Assembly (NCBI RefSeq): GCF_020745735.1
Contig: NC_083409.1
Coordinates: 14,913,873-14,977,872 of the forward strand
DNA: 64,000 bases
Direction of reading: 5' to 3'
Origin: Hemiscyllium ocellatum
Lineage: Eukaryota
Position numbers and translations under genes: made by a program
In this document: piece by piece, positions 35,664-47,400 of the stretch
How the letters are laid out: the number at the start of each line of letters is the position of its first letter
Position numbering within the stretch: position 1 is the stretch's first letter
The notes under the pieces: generated by a model
Seen by the model: the letters and a program-made list of their open reading frames with translations, nothing else
Databases searched by the model: none
What the model was told of the DNA's origin: nothing

Positions 35664-38600
35664 CTCCATTCTCCTAAATGATATGAACAAGAGAAAAGGC
35701 AAGAATAAAGAGTATAAGGACACCACCAGTGACCTCCTGAAATTCATAAGAACTCTCATCCAGCACTTTGATGAAAAGTAAGAGTATGTGAACAATGCTT
35801 GGTGACATTGTCCTGCTTTTTCAATTTTTAGCATCGATTCAATGCATGAAGAGTCTTTCTTCCTCCTTCCCACCTTGAAACTCTGAGATGATCAAACCCA
35901 GCCACAGTTCATGTGACGGGTTGAGGGGATTGTCTAATGATCAAAAGAGGGGATTGAGAAGTATGGGAGGAGATTTCACTAAAACATTTTAAATTCTCCA
36001 GGGCCCTGACAGGGTAGATTTTGGAAGGATGTGCCCCTACCTGGGGATTCTAAAGCAGAGTCACAGTCTGAGATAAGAGGTTAGACATTTCGATCAGAGA
36101 TGAGGAATGGGTGGCACAGTGGCTGACACCACTGCCTTACAGCGCCAGGGACCTCGGTTTGATTTCACCCTCAGGTGACTGTCTGTGTGGAGTTTGTATG
36201 TTCTCCCTGTATCTGCATGGATTTCCTCTGGGTGGCCCAGTTTTCTCTCTTCGTCCAAAGATGTGCAGTTTAGGTGGATTGATTCTCATTAATAATACAG
36301 TATGTAGTTAAGGCCTCACCACAGAATCCTTGTGGAACACCGCTTGTCACTTTCTTTCTCTGTTGTCTGTCACTAAACCAGCCTCTGAACCAAGACAAAC
36401 ATTCATCTTAAATCCCATGGGTTTCAACTTTGGACAGCAGACTGATTTGTGGGAAATTATCGAGTACTTCTGAAAGTTGATAAAACTATATGCCCTATCG
36501 ACTATTTTATTAATGCTTTTGGTTCATTAGTTAGAACCTACCCATCACAAATCTATGTGGGCTATTCCAATTCTCTATATGTTCATTCCCTTGGCTGTTA
36601 ATTGTAGGTTCCAATGAAACCCTCAAAAGAGATGTTAGATTGACCAGAATGTAATTTCCACAGTTCCCGTTCCCATCTTTCTTGAACCTGTGGAGTTACA
36701 GCAGGATATTTTCCAAACTAAAGGAATGGTTGCTGTTTTGGAATCTTATGGAAAAATCTTCTGAAAATTCTTGCCCCCTTTCCCCCTTTCTTTAAACCCC
36801 TGAGGCCCTGCAGATCTGTCAGCCTTTAGAGCTACTCGTTTTCCAATGCTGTTTTCTGGCATGTATCAAGTTTTGTGAATGCCAGTCTTCAATTGGATTA
36901 CATGGTGGTTTAATGGTTAGCATTACTGCCTCACAGTATTGGGGACCCAGGTGCGATTCCTACGTCAGGTGACTGTGTGGAGTTTGCACATTCTCCTTCT
37001 GTCTGTGTGGAGTTCCTCTGGGTGCTCCAGTTTCCTTCCACAATCCAAAGATGTGCAGGTTAGGTGAATTGATTGCGCTAAATCGCCCATCGTGTTAGGT
37101 GCATTAGTCAGGGGTAAATATAAGATTGGATAATGGGTCTGGGTGGGTTGCTCATTGGAGGATCAGTGTGGACTTGTTGGACCAAATGGCCTGTTTCCAT
37201 ACTGTTGGGAGTCTAATCTAATTCACTATTAATAACCCTGGAATGAAAGCTGCATTATCCCGTTCCTTGATTGTGAAGACTGACACAACTAATCATTGTA
37301 CACATCGGCCATTCCCTTAGTCTCATTCGTGGAATTCCCAGTTTGTTTTTAAAGGGCTCACATTGCACTGGAGCCCCCTTAATTTTCTAACTTTCGTGTA
37401 AAATATTTGTGTTATTCTCGTGACCCCTTACAGGTCTCTTTCTCCATCACTTTTGCTTCGTTTTTGTCTTCCTTTGCAGTTCTTCATATCTTCCTTCAGT
37501 TGCCTGAATTCTCACTGATATTCCCACATTTGAGTGTTCTCACCTTTAGTTTTCTGTTTTCTCTCACTTATTTTATCAGCGATGGTGCTAACAAGTGGGG
37601 ACCTGTTCCATCCTGAGCTGAATACACATCTTTAACCATCTCCCCATCTCATTGGGAGTCCGATCTGACAATTTTGGCTGACACCAATCTCTGTTGCATT
37701 CTGTTTTCTGGGAGGTGGGTGCCACTGGCATCGATCAGCATTTGTTACCCAAGACTAATTGCCCTTGAACTGCTGGCCTTGCTGTGGCCTCTCAGAAGGC
37801 ACCTAAGAGTTAACCAGATTGCTGTGGGGCTGGAGTCACATGAAGTCCAGACTGGGTAAGGCTGAGGCTGGACAGCAATCAGGGATCATTATCGTGGTCA
37901 CCATTAATGAGGCTTGCTTTGTGATTTGAATTCAAATTCCAGCATTTGTCACTGGGGGAGATAGTACAGTTCGATAGATTGTGGCAGGGCCTCTGTTTTG
38001 TATCTCACCTGAAAGACAACAGCTCCCTCAGTTTTGCAGTGTCAGCCTTGACTGTGTGCTCAACATAGGAATTAGGAGCGGGAGGAGGCAATTCAGCCCT
38101 TCGAGCCCGGTCCGCCATTTAACATGACTGTGGCTGATCTTATCCTGGTCTCAACTCCACTCTCCTGCTGCTCCCCATCGTTCTTTATCTCACTTTTCAT
38201 CAGAAACACATCTTTCTTGAACCTGTTGATTGATTCTGCATCCACTGCACGCTGGGGCATTGAGTTTCACAGATTCACAACCCTCTGGGAGAAATAGTTT
38301 CTCCTCATCTCAGTTTTGGACCTACCGCCTCTCACTCGATATCGGTGACCTCTTGTTCCAGACTATCCACAAGGGGAGCATCTATTCAACATCCAACTTA
38401 TCAATCCCCTTTCACATTTTCTATCCCTCAATTAGATCCCTCCTCATTCTTTTGAACTCCAGCGAGTCCAAATCCAAGCTCTTTAACTGCTCCTCGTAGG
38501 ACAGCCCTTTCATCCCTGGGATCAGTCTGGGGAACATGCTCTGAACAGCCTCCAGTGCTGAAGGACTCTATGATCAAAATAGACTCCCCAAGCTTCTGAG

Positions 38601-41600
38601 ACAGAGGTGACAGTGCTCCCACTGACCAGGTTCCAGTTTGTACAGGGTTCCACTCTCAGCTGGATGGTTGGGAGTTGGAGCTGAGTTTAAGCTGCATATT
38701 GGAGAGGGGTAAGCAATCTTTCTGATCAAAGCCTCCAGAAATGTGAAGGTGACATTTATGAGCAATTCAGAGCAATGATCTATCAGTTATTTTGCCTCCT
38801 GGGGCCTGCTGAGTACTAAACCTCAGCATTTAGGGATTGCTGAGAAATATCTTCATTGACTTGGACAATAATTGTACTTTTCAGGTTCCACAGTTTAATG
38901 AAGAGTCCAGAAGATTATAGCTTTGGGTATTTCCTGATCTCATTGTTGCTGTCTACAAGGCTGTGAAGGACACAGAGTGGAAGAAGTACTTTCCAAAAAA
39001 AATAGAGGCTGCTCCTGTCTTCAAAGGGTTGCCATCTCTTGAGTGGAAATGAGACAGAACCACATGCTTCAGGGCTAGAATGGAAAGAAGGAACTTACAT
39101 TTGTATCACAGAATCCCGATAGTGTTGAAGTAGGCCATTCAGCCCATTGAGTCCACACTGTCCTTTGAAGGTCATTCTACCTAGACCCCTATCCTTTCTC
39201 TGTATGATTCAATGGCTACTCCACCGAGCCTGCACATCACTGTACACTCTGGGCAATTTAGCACGGCTAATTTACCAGCCTGCAGATCTTTGGACTGTGG
39301 GAGGAAACCACACAGACAGAGGGAGAATATGCAGACTCCACACAGACCTGCCTGAGGTGGGTCCCTGCCGCTGTGAGGCAGTTGTGTTAATTACTGAGGC
39401 ACTGTGTTGCCCATTATTGCTTGCTGTAATGTTTGTTTCATGACTTTATTGTTTTAAATAAACCAACTCAGAGAGTAATGGATTGATTATAGGACCAGTA
39501 TGTCATGGTGGGGCCGGAGAAAACACTGTGCAGATGTGGCCGATTACACAAGCAGCTTAATCTGCAGGTAAAAATACGAACGACAATCTCCGATTGTGTG
39601 AAGGTGTATGAGGCAACATATGGGCAAAGAAAAAAAGTAGGCCACTTGGCCCTTTGAACGCTACTCCCCCATTCAGTAAGATTGTGGTTGATCTGATTTT
39701 AACCTCCAATAATGTTCCATCCCTTCAGTCATCAAGAATCTATTTCCCTCGGCCTTAAAAATATCTAAAGATTCTGCATCCACTGCCTTTTAAGGAAGGG
39801 AATTTCAAAGACTGACAACTCTGAGAGTAAAATCATGTTTCTGAATCTCTGTTTTGAATGGACTCTCCTTAATTTTAAACTGTGATCCCTAGTTCTGGAT
39901 TCTCCCGCAAGAGGAAACATCCTTTCCACATCCACCCGGTCAAGGCCCCTCAGGATCTTTCATGTTTCAATGAAGCCTTGCGTTCAGTTTCCCCTCACAA
40001 CACACCAGAATGTTCTATGAGCTTTCCTGATGACTTGCTGTACCTACGCACTAACCTTCTGTGATTAATGCACAGAGATCCAGATATGGTTCCGGGGACC
40101 CAGGTTCAAATCCCACCACGGCAGATGGGGGAGTTTAAATTCAAGAACAAAAAAAAATCTGCAATTAAAAGTCCAATGATGACCATGAATCCATGTCGAT
40201 TGTCAGGAAAACCCATCTGGTTTACTAACGTCCTTTAGGGAAGTAACTGCCATCCTTCCCTTCTCTGGCCTACATGGGAATCCAATCCCACAGCAGTGTG
40301 GATGACTGTTAACTGTCCTCTGGGACAATTAGGGGTGGGTAATACATGATGTCCTAGTCAGTAATGTCCTCATCCTGTGAATGAATTAAAAAGATAAATC
40401 TGACTATAAATAATCAACATGATAATTAATTGTAATTAATCATTTGTAATTAATGAGCAGCCTTTGTTCCTGGCCCTCATTATCTCCTGATTTATTCTCT
40501 TTCCCACCATAAAGCTACTGTTAGGAAGCATGGAGACTATTCCCACCAGCTCTTGGATCTCTTCCCTATTTGTGCTGCTTTCCAGAACACAAGCATCTTC
40601 CTGCTCCAGCCTCCATTCCTCACCCTCACACTGTTCTCCATCTCTCCACTCCTGACCTCTCTCACTGTTCTGCAGCCTCCGCTCCTCACCCAGATCTGTT
40701 TAAGACCAGGGGTCATAAGATTAAGATGAAAGTATGTTTTGATCCAGTGTGTGGTAGCTATGTGGAACATGCTGCCTGAGAGGGTGGTGCAGGCTGAAAA
40801 TCTCACAACCTTCAAAATACATTTGGATGAGCACTTTTAATTCCAGGAGACAGTAGGCTCCAGAAAACTGCGGGTAAATGGGATTAGTGTAGTTTAGTGG
40901 GTGGTGGTTGGCATAGACTTGGTGGGCCAAAGGGCCTATTTCTGTGCTGTGTGACTCTCGAACCTGTCTCCCTGGCTCTGTGAGGCAGCAGTGCTGTGTC
41001 GCCCATATTGAGGGAGACACACAACAAAATCAGCACAAGGGGCGATAAGATTCAGCGTTTCCTGTTTTTGAAAGCCCCACCGCCACATCACCCAGTTAGC
41101 AAATTAAAACAAAGGATGGGTTATAAGCACAGCTCCCTGCCGGGGTGGTGAAGGGGAGGCGTGGTCACTGGTCAGATAACAAAGACATCGGAAGAGAGGG
41201 AATAGACCCAATTAAAATGGAAGGGAGTGGTGGGGGAATCTGTGAATGGATACTTACCCATCTGACAGTGTGCCCTCCACCTGGCAATCTATTTTAGCAA
41301 TGTAGAAACATAGAGGATAGGAGCAGAGTAGGCCATCGGCCCCTCCAGCCTGCTCTGCCTCTCAATATGATTGTGGCTGATCATGGAGCACATTACTGTA
41401 ATCCCTCCCTACCCCATATGCCTTGGTTCCTTCGCCACAAGAGCTGTCTCTACCTCCTTCTTGAAAACATAATGTTTTGGCCTCAACCACTTTCTGTGAC
41501 AGAGAATTCCACAGACTCACCACTCTCTGGGTGAATACATTTTTGCTCATCTCTGTCCTATAGAGTTTACCTCTTAACCTTAAACTATGAGCCTGGTTCT

Positions 41601-44221
41601 GGACTTCCCCACCATTGGGAACATCCTTACTCCATTTGACTTGTCTCATCCTGTTCCAATTTTACAGCTTTCTCCAAGGTTCCCTTCCTTAACTGTTTTA
41701 AACTCCAGTGAACACAATCCTCACCAACTCAACCTCTCCTTATACGTCAGTCCTGCCATCACAGAAATCAAATAGCATTCAGTCATTAATATTACTCAGC
41801 CCATTGTGGAATGTTGTGGAAATTAAATTGACTCGACTCAACTATTAGCAAGAGCAACCAAAAAGAGCTTCATTTTTTTTAACCTCTGAATTGCAGGGGA
41901 ACCACATGCACTTGACAAAAATGCCTTGTGTAAGGGCCCTGAGCATATTTCAGATATTCGCCTTATCCTGTTTCTTATCACACTGTCAAGGACAAAGACT
42001 GTGAAGATTTGAGTTGTTATTCTTTTCATTCCCTTGTTGTGGACAGACTGTTCTTATATTTTTCTCTTGTTGAATATTTACAAAGTTCCTCAGAGAAAAG
42101 CTGCATACTCCTCGACTGCATACTTCAGCAAAGTGTCAGAAAGTTTTAATTTTAGTCAAGCACTGTCTTTTAGATTTCAGAGTAAATGCTAATTTTGTTA
42201 ATTTTCTATTACATGGAACACAGACTTTGTAGGTCAGAGTTAGAAGACAATCATTGCCGGTTCTAAAATTCAGGCTTCGGGTGCAGTAATCTCAATGGAA
42301 TCATTGGATACTATCTTACAACAGCAGAAAGATGAGAGGTGTAGATGGAGGGTGCAGACAGCAGTGTAGACAGTGGGTGTAGATGGTGGGTGCAAACAGA
42401 GGGACTAGACAGTGGCTGTGGATGCTGGGTACAGACAGTGGGAGCAGATGGTGTTGTAGACAGAAGGTCCAGACGGTAGTTGCAGATGGTGGTGTAGACA
42501 GTAGCGTAGACAAGAGCAAGATCTTGCGTGGTGACCACATGGGTGGCTGTGTGGAATCACACAGAGAGCAGCCAGTGAGCCTGACACAGTCAGGGACACC
42601 CCCTGGTACTGAAGGTCATGTTGTTGCTGGCAAAGATCGCATTTCAACTGAAACTGCACTTCCTCCCTACACACTCCCCTCTTGTCCCCACATGCCTCAC
42701 TACAACCCCTGGATTGCCAGGCAGCACCCTACGCCCTTAGTCAGTCTCCGTTGACCTTGTCTGCATTAGCCTTGACGCTCCTCCCAAGCACTTACTTGGG
42801 CCTTCACTGAAGCTTGAGCCATTTCCTCTGACCCTTGATCATTGATTTGCCATCTTGGAACTGTCTAGCCTAGTCACCATTAACCTGCACTGCCCTCTCA
42901 GCATGGAGCGTAGATTAATACAGCACAGAAAAGGCCCTTTGGCCCATTGAGTCTGCACTGGCATAACTACCGCTGAAGGGACTCTAATCCCAATTTCCTG
43001 CACTTATCCCAAATCCTTGCATGTTATGATATTTAAATGTTGTAAGGTTTCCAGCCTCCACTACCTTCCCTGACAGAGGGTTGTGTGTTTATAATTCATA
43101 TCACGTCAGGCTCACGGAGTTTAACAAAAGCTCCTGTTCTTTAATGTGCAGTATGGTGGCTCAGTGGTTTGCACTGCTGCCTCACAGCACCAAGGACCTG
43201 GGTTCGATTCCAGCCCGAGGTAACTGTCTTTGTGGAGTTTGCACGCTCCCCCTGTGTCTGTGTGGGTTTTCTCTGCATGCTCCAGTTCCCTCCCACAATC
43301 CAAAGATGTGCAGGTTAGGTGAATTGGCCATTCTAAAATTGCCACAGTGATCAAGAATCTGTCAGTCAGGGGAGATGTTGAGTAAAAGGGTAGGGGAATG
43401 TGTCTCAGGGAGTCTGTCTTCAGAGGGTTGGTGTTGGCTTGTTGGGCCAAATGGCCTGTGTCCACACTGTGACAGTCTGTGGAGTCTGTGACAGGCCATT
43501 CCAGATTCCCATCACCCAGAATGCACATCTTATTTCCCAAATCTCATTTGTGACGTTCGTAATGAAACCATTCATTTCGTCTTGTCTCGTTTAGCTCTTG
43601 TGCTCCTTGTTTGATAAATGCTTTTTTTTTCAATAAAATATGAGCCCCTTGATGGGCTTTTAACCTCGTCCAATCAGGGAGCCCTGGCTGACAGATAAAA
43701 AGGGAGTGTCAGAAGGACTGATACTCTGGGACCTGACTCTGAATAACAAACTGCCAGCCAACCAACCACCTCCTTTGGTCACACCTCAATCTCCCCATGC
43801 TTACTCTTGACGCCCCTTTGATCCAGCCTGTTGCTGCCTTTGGGAGAGGTTGGCCTTCCTTCCATACCTAATGAAGAGCTTATGCCCAAAGTTAATCCAC
43901 TGCAATCCCTCTTGGGTCTGCAAGAATTCAACCTCAGTCACTGCTCTCCTCCCTGTAAGGTAATATTGCTGCATCTAGTTTAGAGCTAATTGACCATTGA
44001 AATACGACTATGGCTAGTCAGCATTGGCTGAGCAGACAGCCACTACTGCAATGATCCCAGCTCCAGAAAATCCCCTTGTAATTGGGGAGCACATTGGAGC
44101 ACATTGTGCACTGCCTCTGAAATCCCTCTCTTCCTGAGAATACACTCTCAGTATTCACCTTTCTCAGCTGCCATCTCAATTTCACTGTAAATTCTGTGAA
44201 CTATGATCCTGCCCCACTAGC

Positions 44222-44256
44222 TGCCTGATGAAGGAGCAGTGCTCCGAAAGCTTGTA
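44222..44256 (+). ncRNA. Minimal type I hammerhead ribozyme motif (family 2), intact core
   Basis: UGC-CUGAUGA-A-GGAGC-AGU-GCUCC-GAAA-GC-UU/GUA. Palindromic AGCU helix III. Predicted cleavage after 44253. Confidence 0.7.
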
Positions 44257-44484
44257 CTTCCAAAGAAACCTGTTGGACTATAACCTGGTGTTGTGTGATT
44301 TTTAACCTTGGCCACCTCAATGAGCTGCCATCTCAGACTGAGTTGTTTTTCTCCTGAGATTTGACGACATTAAAGCCTAATCTTCAATCCCCATCACAAA
44401 ACCCATTCTCTCCCCATCACTCGGAGACAAATACCTCAGAGACACCGACAGGCAGCACAGAGTAACACACTCACACTCATTGAG

Positions 44485-44720
44485 GTACAAAGTTAAAAAT
44501 CACACAACACCAGGTTATAGTCCCTCAGGTTTAATTGGAAGCACACTAGCTTTCGGAGCGCCACTCCATCATCAGGTGGTTGTGGAGGACACTCCCTTGA
44601 TGAAGGAGCGGCGCTCCGAAAGCTAGTGTGCTTCCAATTAATCCTGTTGGACTATAACCTGGTGTTGTGTGATTTTTAACTTTGTACACCCCAGTCCAAC
44701 ACCAGCATCTCCACATCATT
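44485..44720. mobile_element. Penelope-derived back-to-back hammerhead insertion (family 2)
   Basis: The - strand motif CAC-CUGAUGA-U-GGAGU-GGC-GCUCC-GAAA-GC-UA/GUG at 44544-44578 has an intact core. The + strand copy at 44597-44625 is C3U. Absent at the matching position of the left arm. Confidence 0.75.
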
Positions 44721-45079
44721 GCACTGCCTACAGCCAGTGCAGAATAACACACACACACAGACACCTACAGGCAACACTGAGTAACACACACACTCAGAGA
44801 GTCAGGCAGCACTGAGTAACATGCTCCATGATGCTTGTAGGTGTCTCTGTGAATAACACACCCACCCTCAGATTGGCACCTCCAGACAGCATTATGTAGT
44901 ACACTCGCACTCAGAGGGACACGCAGCCTGCAGTGTCAGTGATTGGCCTAAGATCACTTCAGGTACAACACAGCATGCAGCAAAGAGTGCAATCCCAGCA
45001 TCTGAGCCTGGACCACAGAGTGAAGAAGAATTGCCTAAGATTGTAATTATTGAGTCCTCACAACTTTCTGTTTCTTGGT

Positions 45080-46367
45080 TAAAAACAAGTACTGCAGATG
45101 CTGGAAACCAGAGGCTAGATCAGAGTGGTCATGGAAAAGCACAGCAGGTCAGGCAGCATCCAAGGAGCAGGAAAATCAATGTTTTGGGCAAAAGCCCTTC
45201 ATCAGGAATAGAGGCAGGGTGCCTGCAAAGTGGAGAGATAAATGCGAGGGGGTTGGGGAGAAAGCAGCATAGAGTACAATAGGTGGATGGGGGTGGGGAT
45301 GGAGGTGATAGATCAGAGAGGAGGCTGTAGTGGGTAGGTGGAAAGGAAGATAAGCAGGTAGGACAGGTCATGAGGATGGTGCTGAGCTGGAAGTTTGGAG
45401 CTGGGGTGAGATGGGGGAAGGGGAAATGAGGAAACTGGTGAAATCCACATTGATGCCATGGGATTGAAGTGTTCCGAGGTGGAAGATGAGGTGTTCTTCC
45501 TCCAGTTGTCGGGTGGTGAGGGAGCAGCGGTGGAGGAGGCCCAGGACCTGCCTGTCCTTGGCAGAGTGGGAGGGGGAGTTGAAATGTTGGGCCACAGGGG
45601 GGAGTTGATTGGTGTGGTTGTCCCGGAGATGTTCCCTAAAGCGCTCTGCAAGGAGGCGTCCAGTCTCCCCAATGTAGAGGAGACCACAGCAGGAGCAACA
45701 GATAAAATAAATGACATTGGTGAGTGTGCTGGTAAAAATTTGATGGATGTGGAAGGCTCTTTTGGGCCCTAGATGGAGGGAGGGAGGAGTGCGGGCGCAG
45801 GTTTTGCAATTCCTGTGGTGGCAGGGGAGGGTGCCAGGAAAGGAGGGTGGGTTGTTGGGGGGTGTGGACTTGACCAAGTAGTCATGGAGGAAACGGTCTT
45901 TGCGGAAAGCAGGAATGGGTGGGGAGGGAAATACATCCCTGGTGGTGGGGTCCATTTGGAGGTGGCGGAAATGTCATCGGATGATGTGGTTTATGCGAAG
46001 GTTGGTAGGGTGGAAGGGGAGCGCCAGGGGGGTTCTGTCCTTTTTATAGTTGGAGGGGTGGGGTTTGAGGGTGGAGGGGTCGATGTGGACGAGATGCGTT
46101 GGAGGACATCTTTGACCACATGGGAAGGGAAATTGCGGTCTCTAAAGAAGGATGCCATCTGGTGTGTTCTGTGGTGGGAGGAAATATGGCGGAGGCAGAG
46201 GAATTGGGAATGCGGGATGGCATTTTTGCAAGAGGTGGGTTGGGAAGAGGTGGAATCCTCGGTGTCGGTGGGTTTTGTAAAAAATGTCAGTTTCATTAAT
46301 AGAGATGGAGAGTTCCAGGAAGGGGAGGGAGGTGTCAGAGATGGTCCAGGTTGTCATTAATGGAGAT
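45080..46367 (-). mobile_element. 5'-truncated Penelope-like retroelement with RT-thumb and GIY-YIG endonuclease remnants
   Basis: ORF 45368..45955(-) reads NVIYFICCSCCGLLYIGETGRLLAERFREH...VAQHFNSPSH...EEEHLIFHLGTLQSHGINVDF. ORF 45991..46296(-) reads KPT...CKNAIPHSQFLCLR. The 3' terminal repeat carries a CpG-decayed family-1 hammerhead at 45178-45205. Confidence 0.85.
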
Positions 46368-46583
46368 CTGTTTGGAATCTGGTAACATCCAATGATTCCA
46401 GATCAAAGGGATAATTTGAAAGTGATTGATGATTGGCTGTCAGTATCCTCTACAACGGATGTGTCATTGATTGACAGGCCAATTAGCCAATTGTGACAAT
46501 GCCATGCTGAAATACAGCCAATCAACTGAATGGAGTGGTCAGTCTCCAAAGCAGACAGACACAGGGACTGAATCTTCTTCATC

Positions 46584-46589
46584 TTTATT
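46584..46589 (-). terminator. Polyadenylation signal of the - strand kappa cluster
   Basis: TTTATT at the position orthologous to 27662-27667. Confidence 0.65.
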
Positions 46590-47115
46590 CCCTTTTCCAG
46601 ATTGACATTGACAGAAAACAGTCAGCAATTAACAGCCCAGACAGAGGAAGCTGCTCAAATTCACAGCCACATTGGAGCTTGAGGAAAACACTTGTGGAGG
46701 TTTGCTCAATAACATGAGAATCCTGTCCCTTCAAACAGTCACAAAACCTTAAATTGGAACTGGCAGCTGAGCAGGAAGGAGATCTGGTTTACTGAAGCAG
46801 AGACTTCTGAGGTTCACATTGTTTTGTACAACTGACAGTCTTCAGCAACTTCAAGAGATTTTACTTGGCATCACAAGTCAACCCTGTCCCCATTAAACAC
46901 TCCCAGAACAAGGACAGCATGGGGTTTGACACAGCGTAAAGCCCTATCTACACTGTCCCAATGAACTGCCATAACCCCTGAAATTCAGAAGTGTCTCTGA
47001 GCCAGTCCTGAGCAGGATGAGAGTTGAAATTCAGTGCTGACAATGACCTTTGTCCTGCCAGCTCAGCCCTGTTCTATTTAAAGTTGTGTCTCCTCTGTGG
47101 ACTGTCTCCAACACT

Positions 47116-47400
47116 CTACACACATTCTGATCTCCTGATGCTCTTGCTGAGGGGAGAGGGGAGGGTCACGTGAGTGAGGGCACAGGAGAAGCGAGCATTG
47201 GACTCCCAGTCAGACCCAGGGAGGGTCAGCAGGCTGCTGACACTGTAGGTGCTGTCCAAAGCTCGCAGGTAGTTGCTGGTCTGAACCCCGTCCGAAATGA
47301 CTGCACCGTCCTTCTTCCCCAGGGTGGCAGTGCCCTTGGCATTGACCTGCTCCGGGGAGGGGGGGCAGCAGGGTCAGCTTGGGCTGAGAGTTCTCACGGC
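47116..47400 (-). pseudogene. IGKC: Ig kappa constant pseudo-exon
   Basis: 285 bp. It has a +1 in the same C-run, and a 45-bp deletion that removes the first Ig-domain Cys (VCLANHFYPDELEVQW collapses to G). The 3' end still reads SIRRSECV*. Confidence 0.92.

Noticed and set aside
42330-42520. GGTGTAGA(C/T)-rich degenerate repeat
   Set aside because: A simple decayed short-period repeat with no stable unit, no coding signal and no paralogue.
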